From an uncultured Rhodospirillaceae bacterium (GTDB taxonomy: Bacteria > Pseudomonadota > Alphaproteobacteria > Rhodospirillales > UBA2165): DNA of 64,000 nt. The notes under the pieces were generated by a model, which was not told the DNA's origin, searched no databases, and saw only the letters and a program-made list of their open reading frames with translations. Below, piece after piece: positions 10,088-20,634 of this stretch. Positions within the stretch are counted from its first letter, which is position 1. The number at the start of each line of letters is the position of its first letter. The stretch lies in NCBI GenBank assembly GCA_964574215.1, contig CAZNLR010000020.1, positions 2,466-66,465 of the forward strand, given 5' to 3'. The translations under genes were made by a program, and so were the position numbers.

Positions 10088-11176
10088 ATGTCATTGATAC
10101 CTAACTTCGGTTCCGGAGTAAATTTTCGAAATTTAGATTTCGATATTCCCGATGTTGATACGGTCGGCGTCTTTGGGCTATTGGCGGGGAAAGGGCTAAA
10201 ACCATATGACGGGGCAGTCAATTTCATAGAGCCGGAAGGGTTGCTGCAGCCTTTTGCGCCTCATTACGAAAATTTTATCCGACCAAAAATAAATGAGTTC
10301 GAAAGCCTGCGTATTAAAGCACTCATCGAATTTCGCAGAAATCTGTTTGTTTTAATTCCGGTCGTAATCTTGTCCGTTCTCGGAACCGTATTTCTCATCG
10401 CTAGCTTCACCGACATCAGACTGGTTATGCCCGGAATCATCGTTATCGCCATAGTTGGATATTGGGCGGCCGGTCCGGTTAAGAGATTTGAGTCAGCGAT
10501 CAAATCTGAAATCTATCCACTGATTTTCAGCTATTTCGGAGAGGATTTCGTTTATCAGGAACATGGCCCACTATCGGCCAAGTCTCTGGAGCCATCCGAT
10601 ATTATTCCCTACTTCGAAGACGAAAGCCGGGAGGATTACGTTAAGGGTACCTATAAGGAAGTGACCCTTGAACTAACGGAATCGAAACTGACCAAGGAAA
10701 CCGGTTCGGGAAAAAACCGGCGAACGGTTACTGTGTTCAGAGGTTTATTCATCCGCCTCAGCATGAATAAGGATTTTTCGGGAAAAACTTTGATTAAGAA
10801 AGATTCCGGCCGTCTGGGAAATTGGTTGTCGGATAAATTCCAGAGCAAGGAGAACGTAAAACTTGAGGATCCCGTGTTTGAAAAAAAGTTCGAGGTCTTT
10901 TCGACAGATCAAATTGAGGCCCGCTACCTTTTGACGCCCTCCATGATGGAGCGCCTACTGTCTCTCGCCAATATTTTTAGGACCGGTGCGCTGCAATGCA
11001 GTTTTTATAACGACAAGCTGCTGTTGATGATCCCAAGCGATCATGATCGTTTTGAAACAGGGTCAATTTTTAAACCGGCGACATTCGTCGAGGAAATCAA
11101 TACCATATTAAAAGAACTCTCGTTGCTCTTCCAAATCATCGACGTTCTCAAGCTGGATCAACGCACCGGTTTGTAA
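10088..11176 (+). CDS. DUF3137-like membrane protein (LemA partner)
   Basis: Starts 4 nt after the lemA stop. It has two central TM helices and a C-terminal soluble region. The DUF3137 assignment is from memory of this family's association with LemA. Confidence 0.55.
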   Translation: MSLIPNFGSGVNFRNLDFDIPDVDTVGVFGLLAGKGLKPYDGAVNFIEPEGLLQPFAPHYENFIRPKINEFESLRIKALIEFRRNLFVLIPVVILSVLGTVFLIASFTDIRLVMPGIIVIAIVGYWAAGPVKRFESAIKSEIYPLIFSYFGEDFVYQEHGPLSAKSLEPSDIIPYFEDESREDYVKGTYKEVTLELTESKLTKETGSGKNRRTVTVFRGLFIRLSMNKDFSGKTLIKKDSGRLGNWLSDKFQSKENVKLEDPVFEKKFEVFSTDQIEARYLLTPSMMERLLSLANIFRTGALQCSFYNDKLLLMIPSDHDRFETGSIFKPATFVEEINTILKELSLLFQIIDVLKLDQRTGL

Positions 11177-11241
11177 GACTTTTTCCCCCCAATCTTCTAA
11201 AAGGGATTGGTCCCGACTCCGCTGTGGTATAGAAACGAGCC

Positions 11242-13224
11242 ATGTGTGGAATAGCAGGTATCTTGCGGCTCGCCGGGGACCGTCCCATCGACGGCGCTTG
11301 GTTGGAAGCGATGAATCAATCGATGGTTCACCGAGGACCCGACGGTGATGGCGTGTGGCTATCGCAGGATCGATCAATCGGACTGGCACACCGGCGGTTG
11401 TCCATCATCGATTTATCCGAGGTTGCCGGTCAGCCCATGGCCAACGAGGACGGCTCGATACAGGTCACCTATAACGGTGAAATTTATAACCATGGCGGTC
11501 TGCGGGAAGAACTGAAAGCGGCAGGGCATGCGTTCGCCACTCACCATAGTGACACGGAAGTTCTGGTGCATGGCTACGAGGAGTGGGGGATAGCGGGTCT
11601 GCTGGATCGCCTGGAAGGCATGTTCGCCTTCGCTGTCTGGGATGAAAAGACGAAAAAGTTGACCCTGGCAAGGGACCGGGTGGGTATTAAGCCGGTCTAT
11701 TTTACCAAGCGGGACGGGCTGTTTCTTTTTGCCTCCGAGATCAAAGCGCTGCTGACCCATCCGTCAGTTCCCCGAAAGGTCGGGAAAGCGGCGCTTTACC
11801 ACTATCTCACTTATTTGACGACGCCGGCGCCGCTGACCATGTTCGACGGCATCTACAAATTGCCGGCATCGACTTATATGGAAATTGCCGAAAACGGAAA
11901 ATTGTCGGTCCATCGCTATTGGGACGCCGTGCCGGGTAGGAGCGGAGCGGTGGCCGGAGATGCCGCGTCTCTGCAAAAGGGTGTGTTCGACTGTCTTCAC
12001 GCAGCCGTCGAAAAAAGGATGATGTCCGATGTGCCTTATGGGGCGTTTCTTTCAGGCGGTATCGATTCATCGGTCAACGTGGCCCTCATGGACAAGTTCA
12101 CCGATGATCCGGTCAACACGTTCACGGTCGGATTCAAGGACCACCAGCATCTGAACGAACTCAACTACGCCAGCCGGGTGGCCAAGGAGTTCAACACCAA
12201 TCACCACGAAGTTCTGGTGGATGAGGCCGATATGGTCGGCTATTTGGAGGATTTGATCTATACCCAGGATGAGCCGTTGGCGGATTGGGTATGTATACCT
12301 CTGCATTTCGTATCGAAACTGGCGGCGCAGTCAGGGGTCAAGGTCATTCAGGTTGGAGAAGGGGCCGACGAACAATTTTGCGGCTATAACGGCTATATGA
12401 AGTATCTGCAGCTTCATCATTACTGTTACGGACCGTTCCAGAAACTGCTACCGAAACCGCTGCAGCAGGGCGTGGCCAGGATGGCCGGTGCGGTCGCCAA
12501 AATTGCGCCCAATTTTGAAATATACGCCGATGCGGTGGACCGGGCGGCGGCGGACCGGGAAGCCTTTTGGAGCGGTGCGGTGGCCTATTGGGAATCCCAA
12601 AAAAAAGCCATCCTGCCGGTGCTGGAAGAAGAGATTCCCCATGGTGCGGAGGAATTGATCGAGGCCGGTTTACTGCCGAAAATCTACCTGGCGCCGGATA
12701 GCTTTACCGTCGCCAACGGATTTCTAACTGAGTTCGACGCTACCCATCCGGGACGTGATCAGCTCACCCGCATGATCCATAACGAATTCCGCCTGCGCCT
12801 GCCGGAATTACTGTTGATGCGGGTGGATAAGATCACCATGGCGCAATCGTTGGAGGCCCGGGTTCCGTTTCTCGACCACGCCCTGGCGGAATTCACCATG
12901 AATATTCCGGAAGCCGAAAAAATCAGCGGCGGGGTGGCGAAAAAACTTCTGAAGAAGTCGGTGGAGGGATTGATCCCCGACGATATCATTTATCGCAAGA
13001 AAATGGGCTTTAACGCGCCCATGGCCGAGTGGATGCGGGGTGATTTCGGCGCCAAGGCCGAGCATGAAATTCTGAATTCTCCGATTCTCCCGGAAGTCGG
13101 CTTTGATAGCGCTGCCATTGCCGGCATGATCGCCGACCACCGGACCGGCCGCCGCGACCGGTCGCTGCAAATTTGGGTATTGTATAACCTGACGTCATGG
13201 CATAGCCATTGGGTCGGGGGATGA
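11242..13224 (+). CDS. Asparagine synthase-family glutamine amidotransferase (AsnB/WbpS-like)
   Basis: N-terminal MCGIAGI (Cys2 Ntn-glutaminase nucleophile) and the SGGIDSS PP-loop. Confidence 0.9.
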   Translation: MCGIAGILRLAGDRPIDGAWLEAMNQSMVHRGPDGDGVWLSQDRSIGLAHRRLSIIDLSEVAGQPMANEDGSIQVTYNGEIYNHGGLREELKAAGHAFATHHSDTEVLVHGYEEWGIAGLLDRLEGMFAFAVWDEKTKKLTLARDRVGIKPVYFTKRDGLFLFASEIKALLTHPSVPRKVGKAALYHYLTYLTTPAPLTMFDGIYKLPASTYMEIAENGKLSVHRYWDAVPGRSGAVAGDAASLQKGVFDCLHAAVEKRMMSDVPYGAFLSGGIDSSVNVALMDKFTDDPVNTFTVGFKDHQHLNELNYASRVAKEFNTNHHEVLVDEADMVGYLEDLIYTQDEPLADWVCIPLHFVSKLAAQSGVKVIQVGEGADEQFCGYNGYMKYLQLHHYCYGPFQKLLPKPLQQGVARMAGAVAKIAPNFEIYADAVDRAAADREAFWSGAVAYWESQKKAILPVLEEEIPHGAEELIEAGLLPKIYLAPDSFTVANGFLTEFDATHPGRDQLTRMIHNEFRLRLPELLLMRVDKITMAQSLEARVPFLDHALAEFTMNIPEAEKISGGVAKKLLKKSVEGLIPDDIIYRKKMGFNAPMAEWMRGDFGAKAEHEILNSPILPEVGFDSAAIAGMIADHRTGRRDRSLQIWVLYNLTSWHSHWVGG

Positions 13225-13267
13225 AATCAAATAAATTGAAAATCCGAAATAAAAGCCGAACCCTTGA

Positions 13268-14044
13268 ATGTCAGATATTGATCAACTTCTGAGACAATTT
13301 CCCAAAGTGAGGCCGCAATTGTCACCTGATATGGCGGCGGCCCATTTGGAAATCCTAAAAGCCAACCGGGAACGGCGGTATTTTCTGGCTAAAATCTCCA
13401 ACCAGTTGGAAAGTTGGATGCATCGGAAAGCGGCGGGGATAAGAAATGGGTTTACCGGACAAAATTTGCTGGAAATCGGTGCGGGCACCCTGAACCATGT
13501 GACTTTTGAAGACGACGATATCGCTTATGACGCGATAGAGCCTTTTCGTGACCTGTATTTGGACAAACCTTTGAAAGCGAGGGTTCGGACATTTTACAAC
13601 GACATCAGTGAAATTGATCGTTCCATGAGCTATGACCGTATCGTGTCAGTGGCAACGCTGGAACATTTGACTGATCTCCCTTACAGCATCGCAAAATCCG
13701 GGGTGCTGCTGAAAGAGGGAGGCGTATTTCAATCGGGAATTCCCAGCGAAGGCGGATTTCTTTGGGGCGCTTCCTGGCGGTTCACGACGGCCGTGGCCTT
13801 TTACTTTAAAACCGGATTGGCCTTTTCCGATCATATGCGTTACGAGCATGTCAACGACGCCAAGGAAATCATCACCTTGCTAAAGTACTTTTTTGCATCA
13901 GTTCGTATGAGCCGGTTTCCGCTTCCTTTCCATCATTTAAGTCTCTACGTGTATTTGGAAGCTAAAGACCCGATCCTGGATAGGTGCGAAAAATATGTGG
14001 CGGTCCACAACGGGGCTTTAAAAAATGAAAATGCAAGCGGATAG
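13268..14044 (+). CDS. Class I SAM-dependent methyltransferase
   Basis: Motif I LLEIGAGT, motif II IVSVATLEH, motif III LLKEGGVF. Confidence 0.7.
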   Translation: MSDIDQLLRQFPKVRPQLSPDMAAAHLEILKANRERRYFLAKISNQLESWMHRKAAGIRNGFTGQNLLEIGAGTLNHVTFEDDDIAYDAIEPFRDLYLDKPLKARVRTFYNDISEIDRSMSYDRIVSVATLEHLTDLPYSIAKSGVLLKEGGVFQSGIPSEGGFLWGASWRFTTAVAFYFKTGLAFSDHMRYEHVNDAKEIITLLKYFFASVRMSRFPLPFHHLSLYVYLEAKDPILDRCEKYVAVHNGALKNENASG

Positions 14045-14049
14045 GGTGA

Positions 14050-14763
14050 ATGTCGGACAAGCAGTCACGTGAGCGCTTCTTCAGTCAGTGGGAAGATCAT
14101 TATTTCACCGAAGATCAATCAATCTATAAAGCGTTCACTGATATAACGACAGGCTTCGTTCGGGGGGACGTGCTCGATTTAGGATGCGGTTCTCGAATTT
14201 ATTACGACACATCCGAAGTCGACCGCTGGGTAGGATTGGATTTGTCGCCCATACTTCTCAATAACATCCAATTTCTCGGCGGCTCACGGCCGAAAGGGAC
14301 GATCGATACCAAAGTTGGAAATTGCGAAAAACTAAACTTGCCGGACGATACATTTGATTTTGTTTGCTGCATTTTCCTTTTGCACCATGTGGGACGTAAT
14401 AATAAGTCACAATCGCGGGATGCCGCCCAGGACGTGTTCAACGAATCCCTAAGAGTCTTGAAGCCGGGCGGCCATATGCTGGTTCTTGAATCCTGGCCGC
14501 ATTTCGTGTTGCAGGTCTATTGCGGGTTGTTTCCTCTGCTGTATCCGTTTTTTCGTAAATTGCTCGGAACCGAACTACCGTTGTTTTGGAGCGCTCGTGA
14601 GCTAACATCAATGGCTGCAAATGCGGGGTTTGTTGATCATCATGTGCTGCCCATTCCAGTCTACGAGACAGCACGGTATCCGGTCAGTGGTATTGTCATG
14701 CCCGGATGGATGCAACGAATTATCCATAAATACGGTTATTACGTATTCAAGAAATCTTCGTAG
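14050..14763 (+). CDS. Class I SAM-dependent methyltransferase
   Basis: VLDLGCGSR motif I, FDFVCCIFLLHH, LKPGGHMLVLE. Confidence 0.8.
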   Translation: MSDKQSRERFFSQWEDHYFTEDQSIYKAFTDITTGFVRGDVLDLGCGSRIYYDTSEVDRWVGLDLSPILLNNIQFLGGSRPKGTIDTKVGNCEKLNLPDDTFDFVCCIFLLHHVGRNNKSQSRDAAQDVFNESLRVLKPGGHMLVLESWPHFVLQVYCGLFPLLYPFFRKLLGTELPLFWSARELTSMAANAGFVDHHVLPIPVYETARYPVSGIVMPGWMQRIIHKYGYYVFKKSS

Positions 14764-15034
14764 AACCAGAGTTAGGTTCGACACCGATTCACTGCCAATG
14801 CTAATAGATATTTAACAAATTACGCGTATTTCGTAGGAACAAATTTATGACGCCAGTTACCGTATTCTTAAGTCTATTGGGAATGGCTGTTTGGATGCTG
14901 GGACTGACCTAGAATATCAGCGGTACAACGGAGAATAAGGTGCTAAATAGTTAAAAAATCGGAAAAAAAATTTTCCTGTTCAAAGCCCAAAACGACGAAT
15001 TTGAATGTGTGTTTAAGTCGGGAACGACCGACAT

Positions 15035-16294
15035 TCAGTAAGGTCTCCGCTTCGATCCAAACAGACTTGAAAAAGCTAAAAACTGTGCCGCGATCCACCA
15101 GTTTTGCCAGGCGCCAAAACTAAGCAAGTCGAACATCAGAATAGAAACGATAAGGCCAAAGAGCCAAGGACCCGTTCGACTGGAATATTCGCCGGTCCGC
15201 CAAATCAATAGTCCCCCAAACAGAGCAACGATACAGGCGCCAATACCGCCGAGCTCCAACCATATCTGAAGCGGATTGTTGTGGGGATGCAGCGGCAGGT
15301 GAAAATCCTTAAATAGGACTTTTCCCTCCACGCCGATTGACATGTCCCTGAGAGTATATTTATCGTTGCCGTCCGGAATATTTTTCGAACTATTAAATCC
15401 CCAGCCGAGGATTGGCCGTTCTCCAATTTTTTCACCGACGAATTTCCACGTGAACAGTCTGTTGACCGCCGATGAAGGTAAGTCAAAAGATTTAGCATCA
15501 GCGACGATTTTTTGTTCTTCTGCCGACGTCAAAAAGGTATGTGTCAAAACCGGTGTCGTCAGGATACCTATGAAAAATAAGACGGCTAAAAGCCGTGCTG
15601 TATACCGTGCCGATTGATGAGCGGCTATAACGAACATCCCTCCCGATATCAGAGCCAACATCGACGTTGTCGACTTGTAGTTGAAAGCCAGAAAAAGCAA
15701 TACGATGAATAGACTGGTGGTAATCAGACGCTTGTTGTGTCGCCACAAAATAGCTGCCGTCGGCCAGAACAGAAGCGTTAATATGACAATGCCATTTTTT
15801 AAACGGGCATCCACATTATAACCGGGTGAATATCCGTCATATATATCAATCCACCTTAATCCATTTCCCGTGCGGGTCAGCCAATTGCCCGTGGCTGTTT
15901 CGAAGGCCAATAAAGCCATCGCCAGTATTAACCCCGCCACTAACAAGCTTTGAATTAGTTGTTGGTTTTCGATCGGGTTAGAAACAGTGACGAGCCCGAC
16001 CGCCAATAGAGCCGCAAGAGGTAAGATCGGTTTCAGACTTAACGCCGGGTCCACTGACCAAATTGAGGATAAGAGAGCCCAAAAAAGGAGAAGCGTTAAA
16101 CCGGCGGTTGGAATTTGAGGAATATTCTTAAGGAGCGATCGGTCAAAATTTCGGCCGAAAGCCAGGGCCAAAGCAGCAATAATTAAAAGTGGTACCGTTG
16201 CTTTCGAAGCAAATAGGCCAACCGGTGCTATTAAAAACATGGCGCCACCGAAAACAGCGTCCGCCTTATTGATTTTGCTTATTGGTGACATCAT
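15035..16294 (-). CDS. O-antigen ligase/polymerase-family membrane protein (Wzy_C-like)
   Basis: 419 aa, polytopic, with a large loop (...HPHNNPLQIWLELGGIG...) typical of O-antigen ligase/polymerase proteins. Confidence 0.75.
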   Translation of the reverse strand: MMSPISKINKADAVFGGAMFLIAPVGLFASKATVPLLIIAALALAFGRNFDRSLLKNIPQIPTAGLTLLLFWALLSSIWSVDPALSLKPILPLAALLAVGLVTVSNPIENQQLIQSLLVAGLILAMALLAFETATGNWLTRTGNGLRWIDIYDGYSPGYNVDARLKNGIVILTLLFWPTAAILWRHNKRLITTSLFIVLLFLAFNYKSTTSMLALISGGMFVIAAHQSARYTARLLAVLFFIGILTTPVLTHTFLTSAEEQKIVADAKSFDLPSSAVNRLFTWKFVGEKIGERPILGWGFNSSKNIPDGNDKYTLRDMSIGVEGKVLFKDFHLPLHPHNNPLQIWLELGGIGACIVALFGGLLIWRTGEYSSRTGPWLFGLIVSILMFDLLSFGAWQNWWIAAQFLAFSSLFGSKRRPY

Positions 16295-16296
16295 TT

Positions 16297-17523
16297 TCAG
16301 TCTAACCGATATTCTTCAATCGCGTTTAGTAGCACGTTTTCCAACGGAACCGCTTGATTTTCCCAGCAGAGGTTTTCCAACGCTTCAGAGGCGTCGTAGA
16401 TGGTAGTTGAATGGCGGAGGCAGGCATTTATGGACGCTGTAATATCTTCAATTGTTTGGCACGAATAGAGCGGGATATTGACCGATTCGGCAATGTGCGC
16501 TGCCTCTGCGATTTCAGCCGGAAAGCACAAAACCGGTTTTTTCGCCGCCAGCAATTCAATTAATTTATGATGAAAGGTCCGGTCGCTTTTTACGTAGATA
16601 TTCACCAGGCTTTTACGCTGGATCGCTTGCAATTGCTCGATGGGGAGGTAGCCCAACAGGTCGACCCTGTAGGATTTCTTAAACCCTTCCGCGACTGAGG
16701 CAACGGGGCCAACATCGCTTCCCGCATAAACGAATTTCACGCGATTCTTTTCATCGTCATTTAATGTATCAGCCCACCGAAGGACACCTGTCATAATATG
16801 TTGTAAGAAGATCTGGTCATAAGTGGCGCCCGTCAACATGATTTGCAGATTATCTGATGGTGACGGCGGAGGCTCTGTTAAAACGGATTTTTTGAATCCG
16901 CTGTAAACAATAGATTTGCTGCCACCAAACCATTGGTCCGCCTCTTCTTTATGCATGTTCGAGAAACAAGTCATGGCGGCGGCGTCATCAAACTTCCGCG
17001 CCAGTTTTTTTCGGAAAAATCGTGGAATAAATATCTCCCATGGATCCTTAATGTCCGCCACCCAAGAGCAGTTTGCCGCCGCGGCCAAATCGCGGGCGAT
17101 GTTCCAGCAATCGGTGTTGCCGAAACTGGCCCATATAACGTCCGGATTGAATTCATTGGCGACGGCGTCAAGATAGAAGCGGCAGCCTTGGCGCCAATCG
17201 GTCACCACGCCATGATGAAAGGTGTAATACCAAGCAATGACCAGTTGCCGTATGCCCCAGGGCAATTTCCCCAGTCTGAGCAGTTTTATGAAGTCGTGTC
17301 CTGATGGAGGACAGGCAAGATTAAAGGGGGTGGAAAAATCATGTGACTTGATCTGGTCGGCCACCTTTGTAGCGTCATGGTTCGGGCTGTTGCCATCCAG
17401 AGTCTCGGTTAAAAGGATAATTTCGTGCCCGCGATCCGCCATGGCGCGGGCGAATTCCCGGACACGGGTAGCGCATATGTGGGGCGTGTCGGGATGACAA
17501 TGATTGACGAATACGGCTTTCAT
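16297..17523 (-). CDS. Putative GT-B-fold glycosyltransferase-like protein (family not recognised)
   Basis: The N-terminus MKAVFVNHCHPD...ARAMADRGHEIILLTE resembles GT-B N-domains. It is translationally coupled to both neighbours. No clear E-x7-E motif was seen. Confidence 0.45.
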   Translation of the reverse strand: MKAVFVNHCHPDTPHICATRVREFARAMADRGHEIILLTETLDGNSPNHDATKVADQIKSHDFSTPFNLACPPSGHDFIKLLRLGKLPWGIRQLVIAWYYTFHHGVVTDWRQGCRFYLDAVANEFNPDVIWASFGNTDCWNIARDLAAAANCSWVADIKDPWEIFIPRFFRKKLARKFDDAAAMTCFSNMHKEEADQWFGGSKSIVYSGFKKSVLTEPPPSPSDNLQIMLTGATYDQIFLQHIMTGVLRWADTLNDDEKNRVKFVYAGSDVGPVASVAEGFKKSYRVDLLGYLPIEQLQAIQRKSLVNIYVKSDRTFHHKLIELLAAKKPVLCFPAEIAEAAHIAESVNIPLYSCQTIEDITASINACLRHSTTIYDASEALENLCWENQAVPLENVLLNAIEEYRLD

Positions 17524-19442
17524 TCACCACCTTCCAGGAATATATCGGGCCCGGTCTTCGTGGAAAATTTGTCGACAAAATTTTCCCGCCAGGCTCTTTC
17601 AACAACCGGACGCCAAAGCAATGATGCCAAATGGTCTTCTCCGTTACGAAAACGTGCCAAAACCTTACGCCACCAGCTGGCCCGCCAAATTTCAGACTGC
17701 CTGAAATTTGAACTTTCTATGATGGATTCGACGATATCGCCCAATTCACCCTTAAACCAGTCTGCCTGAGGTGGAAGAAAGCCTTGCTTGTTCCAGCGTG
17801 TCCGGACGCTTTCCGGAAGATGACCCGCCATTGCGCCCCGCAACAGTCTTTTGGTCTGCGCGTCACCCATCAATCGCTCCGCCGGTAAAGAAAATACAAA
17901 TTCGGCCAGGCGGTGATCGCAAAAAGGTAATCTCACTTCTCTTGAATGGGCCATGGAATTCCGGTCACCATAGCGGAGAAGAACCGGCAGGTGAGTATAT
18001 AGCATTTCCTGGTACAGCTTACCGGCAAGGGGATGAAATAGAGTGGTTCCCTCCGGCTGCGGTGGAAGGGTCCGGTGAAGTTCCCGGGCGACGGCTGAGT
18101 TTAACCCGAAGGAAAAATCACTACCGGCGCCCGTAAGACCGGCCAGAAAGTGGCGGAGCGAACTGGGAATTGCTTGTTTAAGGTTCTGGCTTTTGGTCAA
18201 AAGCCCGAGCGGATAGCGCGCTTGAATTTTCGTACGTTCGGCGGCTAGATCAGACTCACCTAACTGCCCTACGACACTTTTTAGATAAAATTCGAAATAT
18301 TGCTCATAGCCGCCCAGCAATTCATCGCCGCCCTGACCGTCCAAAAGAACGGTTATTCCGACTTCCTTGGCCAGCCGAAAGACGCACCACTGAGCGTACT
18401 GACTAGAACTGGCTACCGGCAATTCGTTGTGCCAAATAAATTCCGCTAGCTCATTTTGAAAGTTTTCGCTTGATGGAAGAGTCACGTGACTGACAGCGCC
18501 GGTGGCGTCAACAACCTCTTTTGCCCATTGCCACTCGTCGGCGACGCTATCGGGAAACCGGCCGGTAAACACATCGTAGGGAAGATCGCCGTCTCGAAGT
18601 TCTTTGGCGACGCAGACAATGGCGCTGGAATCCAGTCCGCCTGAAAGACACGATCCCAACGGAACGTCGCTTCGCATGCGCAGGCGAACGGAATCGGTGA
18701 ACATCTCCTGAAATTGAATCTCGGCATCGTCTTGAGAAAAATCACGGTATTGATCATCCGGCTGGATATTCCAATAGCGGCGAACCGTGGTATCCAGACT
18801 ATCGAGGTTCAAGGTCAGGCAGTGGGCCGGCGGCAATTGTTTTATCGCCGAAAATACCGTTTGCACCTCGTCATCCAGCCCTATCGTCGGGTGGTAGAGA
18901 AACCGCAGAATTCGATCCTGCTCGTATTCAGTCTCCACACCTCTGAGACTAAGAAGAGCTTTGTATTCGGAGGCGAAGGCGAAAAAACCGTCGCCGGAAT
19001 GATACAAAAAGGGTTTCTCGCCGAACCGGTCCCGGGCGCAAAATAATATATTTTCCGTCGGATCGTAGATGGCGAAAGCAAACATACCATTGAATTCCTG
19101 AAGGCATCGTTCACCCCACTGCTGGTAGGCCCGCAGCAACACTTCCGTATCGGAATGGGAATCGAATTCGATACCATCCTGCACAAGCCTCTGCGCCAGT
19201 TCACGGTAATTGTAAATTTCTCCGTTAAAGGTTACGACCTGTGCCCCGATCTCCATGGGCTGGTGGCCAGCGGAACTGGTGTCGATGATACTGAGGCGGC
19301 GGTGGCCGAGAACAATCCTACCTGAATCGGCTATCCACAAACCGGAATCGTCCGGCCCTCTATGGGCGAGGCGGTCGTTCATCTCTTCCACAGCCAGAGG
19401 ATTGATGCGATGAGTACCGACGATTCCTGCTATACCGCACAT
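17520..19442 (-). CDS. Asparagine synthase-family glutamine amidotransferase (second copy)
   Basis: MCGIAGIVG N-terminus and SGGLDSS PP-loop. It overlaps the downstream gene by 4 nt. Confidence 0.9.
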   Translation of the reverse strand: MCGIAGIVGTHRINPLAVEEMNDRLAHRGPDDSGLWIADSGRIVLGHRRLSIIDTSSAGHQPMEIGAQVVTFNGEIYNYRELAQRLVQDGIEFDSHSDTEVLLRAYQQWGERCLQEFNGMFAFAIYDPTENILFCARDRFGEKPFLYHSGDGFFAFASEYKALLSLRGVETEYEQDRILRFLYHPTIGLDDEVQTVFSAIKQLPPAHCLTLNLDSLDTTVRRYWNIQPDDQYRDFSQDDAEIQFQEMFTDSVRLRMRSDVPLGSCLSGGLDSSAIVCVAKELRDGDLPYDVFTGRFPDSVADEWQWAKEVVDATGAVSHVTLPSSENFQNELAEFIWHNELPVASSSQYAQWCVFRLAKEVGITVLLDGQGGDELLGGYEQYFEFYLKSVVGQLGESDLAAERTKIQARYPLGLLTKSQNLKQAIPSSLRHFLAGLTGAGSDFSFGLNSAVARELHRTLPPQPEGTTLFHPLAGKLYQEMLYTHLPVLLRYGDRNSMAHSREVRLPFCDHRLAEFVFSLPAERLMGDAQTKRLLRGAMAGHLPESVRTRWNKQGFLPPQADWFKGELGDIVESIIESSNFRQSEIWRASWWRKVLARFRNGEDHLASLLWRPVVERAWRENFVDKFSTKTGPDIFLEGGE

Positions 19443-20491
19443 TATTCAGTTTCTTCCCGGCTTATCATCTTTAGGCAGGCGCCAATTACTTCTTCAAATT
19501 TTACCGAGGCGATGGATTTTGCCGCGGTACGAAAACCAGCTTTGTCGGTTACCGTATCAGCCATGTGCCAAGGATAAAATATTTGATGTCCTTGACCTTG
19601 CGGAAACCAGACGCCGGGTTTGGCCCTGGCGCTGAAAACAGCAAGACAAGGAACTCCCATCATTGCCGCCAAATGCATGGGGCCACTGTCATGTCCCAAA
19701 TAAAAAAGAGCGTTTTCCATCACCAAGGCGCTGAGTCGAGGTTCAGTCTGGCCACACAAATTCAAGACTGCGCCGTTCCAGTCGCTTACCAGGTTCTCTG
19801 CCCGGTCGCATTCATCGGGTGCGCCGACCAAAACTACGCCCAAGTCAGGATTTGATTTCGTTACTGCCGCCAGTACATTCAACCAGTTGTCATCTCCCCA
19901 ATCCTTGTCAGGTAATTTGGCGCCGATGCTAAAAACAATAAATTTTTGTGCTGGCATCCCTTCGGTGACAATGGATGCCGCTTCTTGTTTTTCATCGGCC
20001 GTAAAATCCAGATGCGTTTCGGGAGCTTCATTTGGTAGCGCCTCAATTACGCGAAGCAGTCGTTTCCGCTCCGATTCCCAAAGATTGTCCTCTATTTTTC
20101 GATAGCGTCGCCGCTTCGAGCCGAACGGCATGGCGATAATTTTTTTTATGCCGCAGCTACGGAAAAAAAGATACTCCCGGATCAAGGAGGGCCGAGACGA
20201 AGGTTCGGACAGATATATTAAGCAATCGGGGCGCCATTCCCAGATGCGTTGAGCCAGATTGTAGAGGCCCCTTAAACTCCCGCCACCTGGTGGAAGGCTA
20301 TAATATTTACCTGCAAACTGATCATGGCCGAGTACGGATTCAACCGGCGCAGCGACTTCCAAAACCGGCGCGTTGGTCAGAATTCGGATTTCTGCACCGG
20401 TAAAACGTGATTTAATAACGCCGAGCGCGTCCAGGCTTACAATCGCGTCGCCGATGCTGCCGCGGCGAAAAACTAAAATCTTATCTGCCAT
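19442..20491 (-). CDS. Glycosyltransferase family 9 (heptosyltransferase-like)
   Basis: ILVFRRGSIGDAI N-terminus and the C-terminal GHDSGPMHLAAMMGVP motif characteristic of GT9. Confidence 0.8.
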   Translation of the reverse strand: MADKILVFRRGSIGDAIVSLDALGVIKSRFTGAEIRILTNAPVLEVAAPVESVLGHDQFAGKYYSLPPGGGSLRGLYNLAQRIWEWRPDCLIYLSEPSSRPSLIREYLFFRSCGIKKIIAMPFGSKRRRYRKIEDNLWESERKRLLRVIEALPNEAPETHLDFTADEKQEAASIVTEGMPAQKFIVFSIGAKLPDKDWGDDNWLNVLAAVTKSNPDLGVVLVGAPDECDRAENLVSDWNGAVLNLCGQTEPRLSALVMENALFYLGHDSGPMHLAAMMGVPCLAVFSARAKPGVWFPQGQGHQIFYPWHMADTVTDKAGFRTAAKSIASVKFEEVIGACLKMISREETE

Positions 20492-20634
20492 AATACCTTC
20501 AAATAACGAGTTTTTTCCTTTAGTAAGGAATGCATAACCTGTAACCGTTTACAAATCATCAGGAAGTTAAGAAATCGTCCAATTAGATTAAGGGCGTCGT
20601 AGTAATATGTGTTGGAAATCTTGATGTACGAATA
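20492..20634. promoter_or_regulatory. Divergent promoter region of the polysaccharide locus
   Basis: A 143-bp AT-rich gap between a 4-gene minus-strand run (20491 down to 15035) and a 7-gene plus-strand run (20635 to 27528). Both runs are internally coupled by overlapping stops and starts. No -10/-35 boxes were assigned. Confidence 0.4.

Noticed and set aside
14958-14978. GGAAAAAAAATTTTCC palindrome in the convergent gap after the methyltransferase
   Set aside because: The stem is A/T-only and would be very weak, so it is not convincing as a terminator.
11242-19442. Possibility that the two AsnB homologues are lasso-peptide cyclases, with the 21-aa ORF as precursor
   Set aside because: Both retain the Cys2 glutaminase nucleophile (MCGIAGI). 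There is no B-type protease/RRE or ABC exporter nearby. Both are embedded in glycosyltransferase operons, so sugar amidotransferase is the simpler reading.
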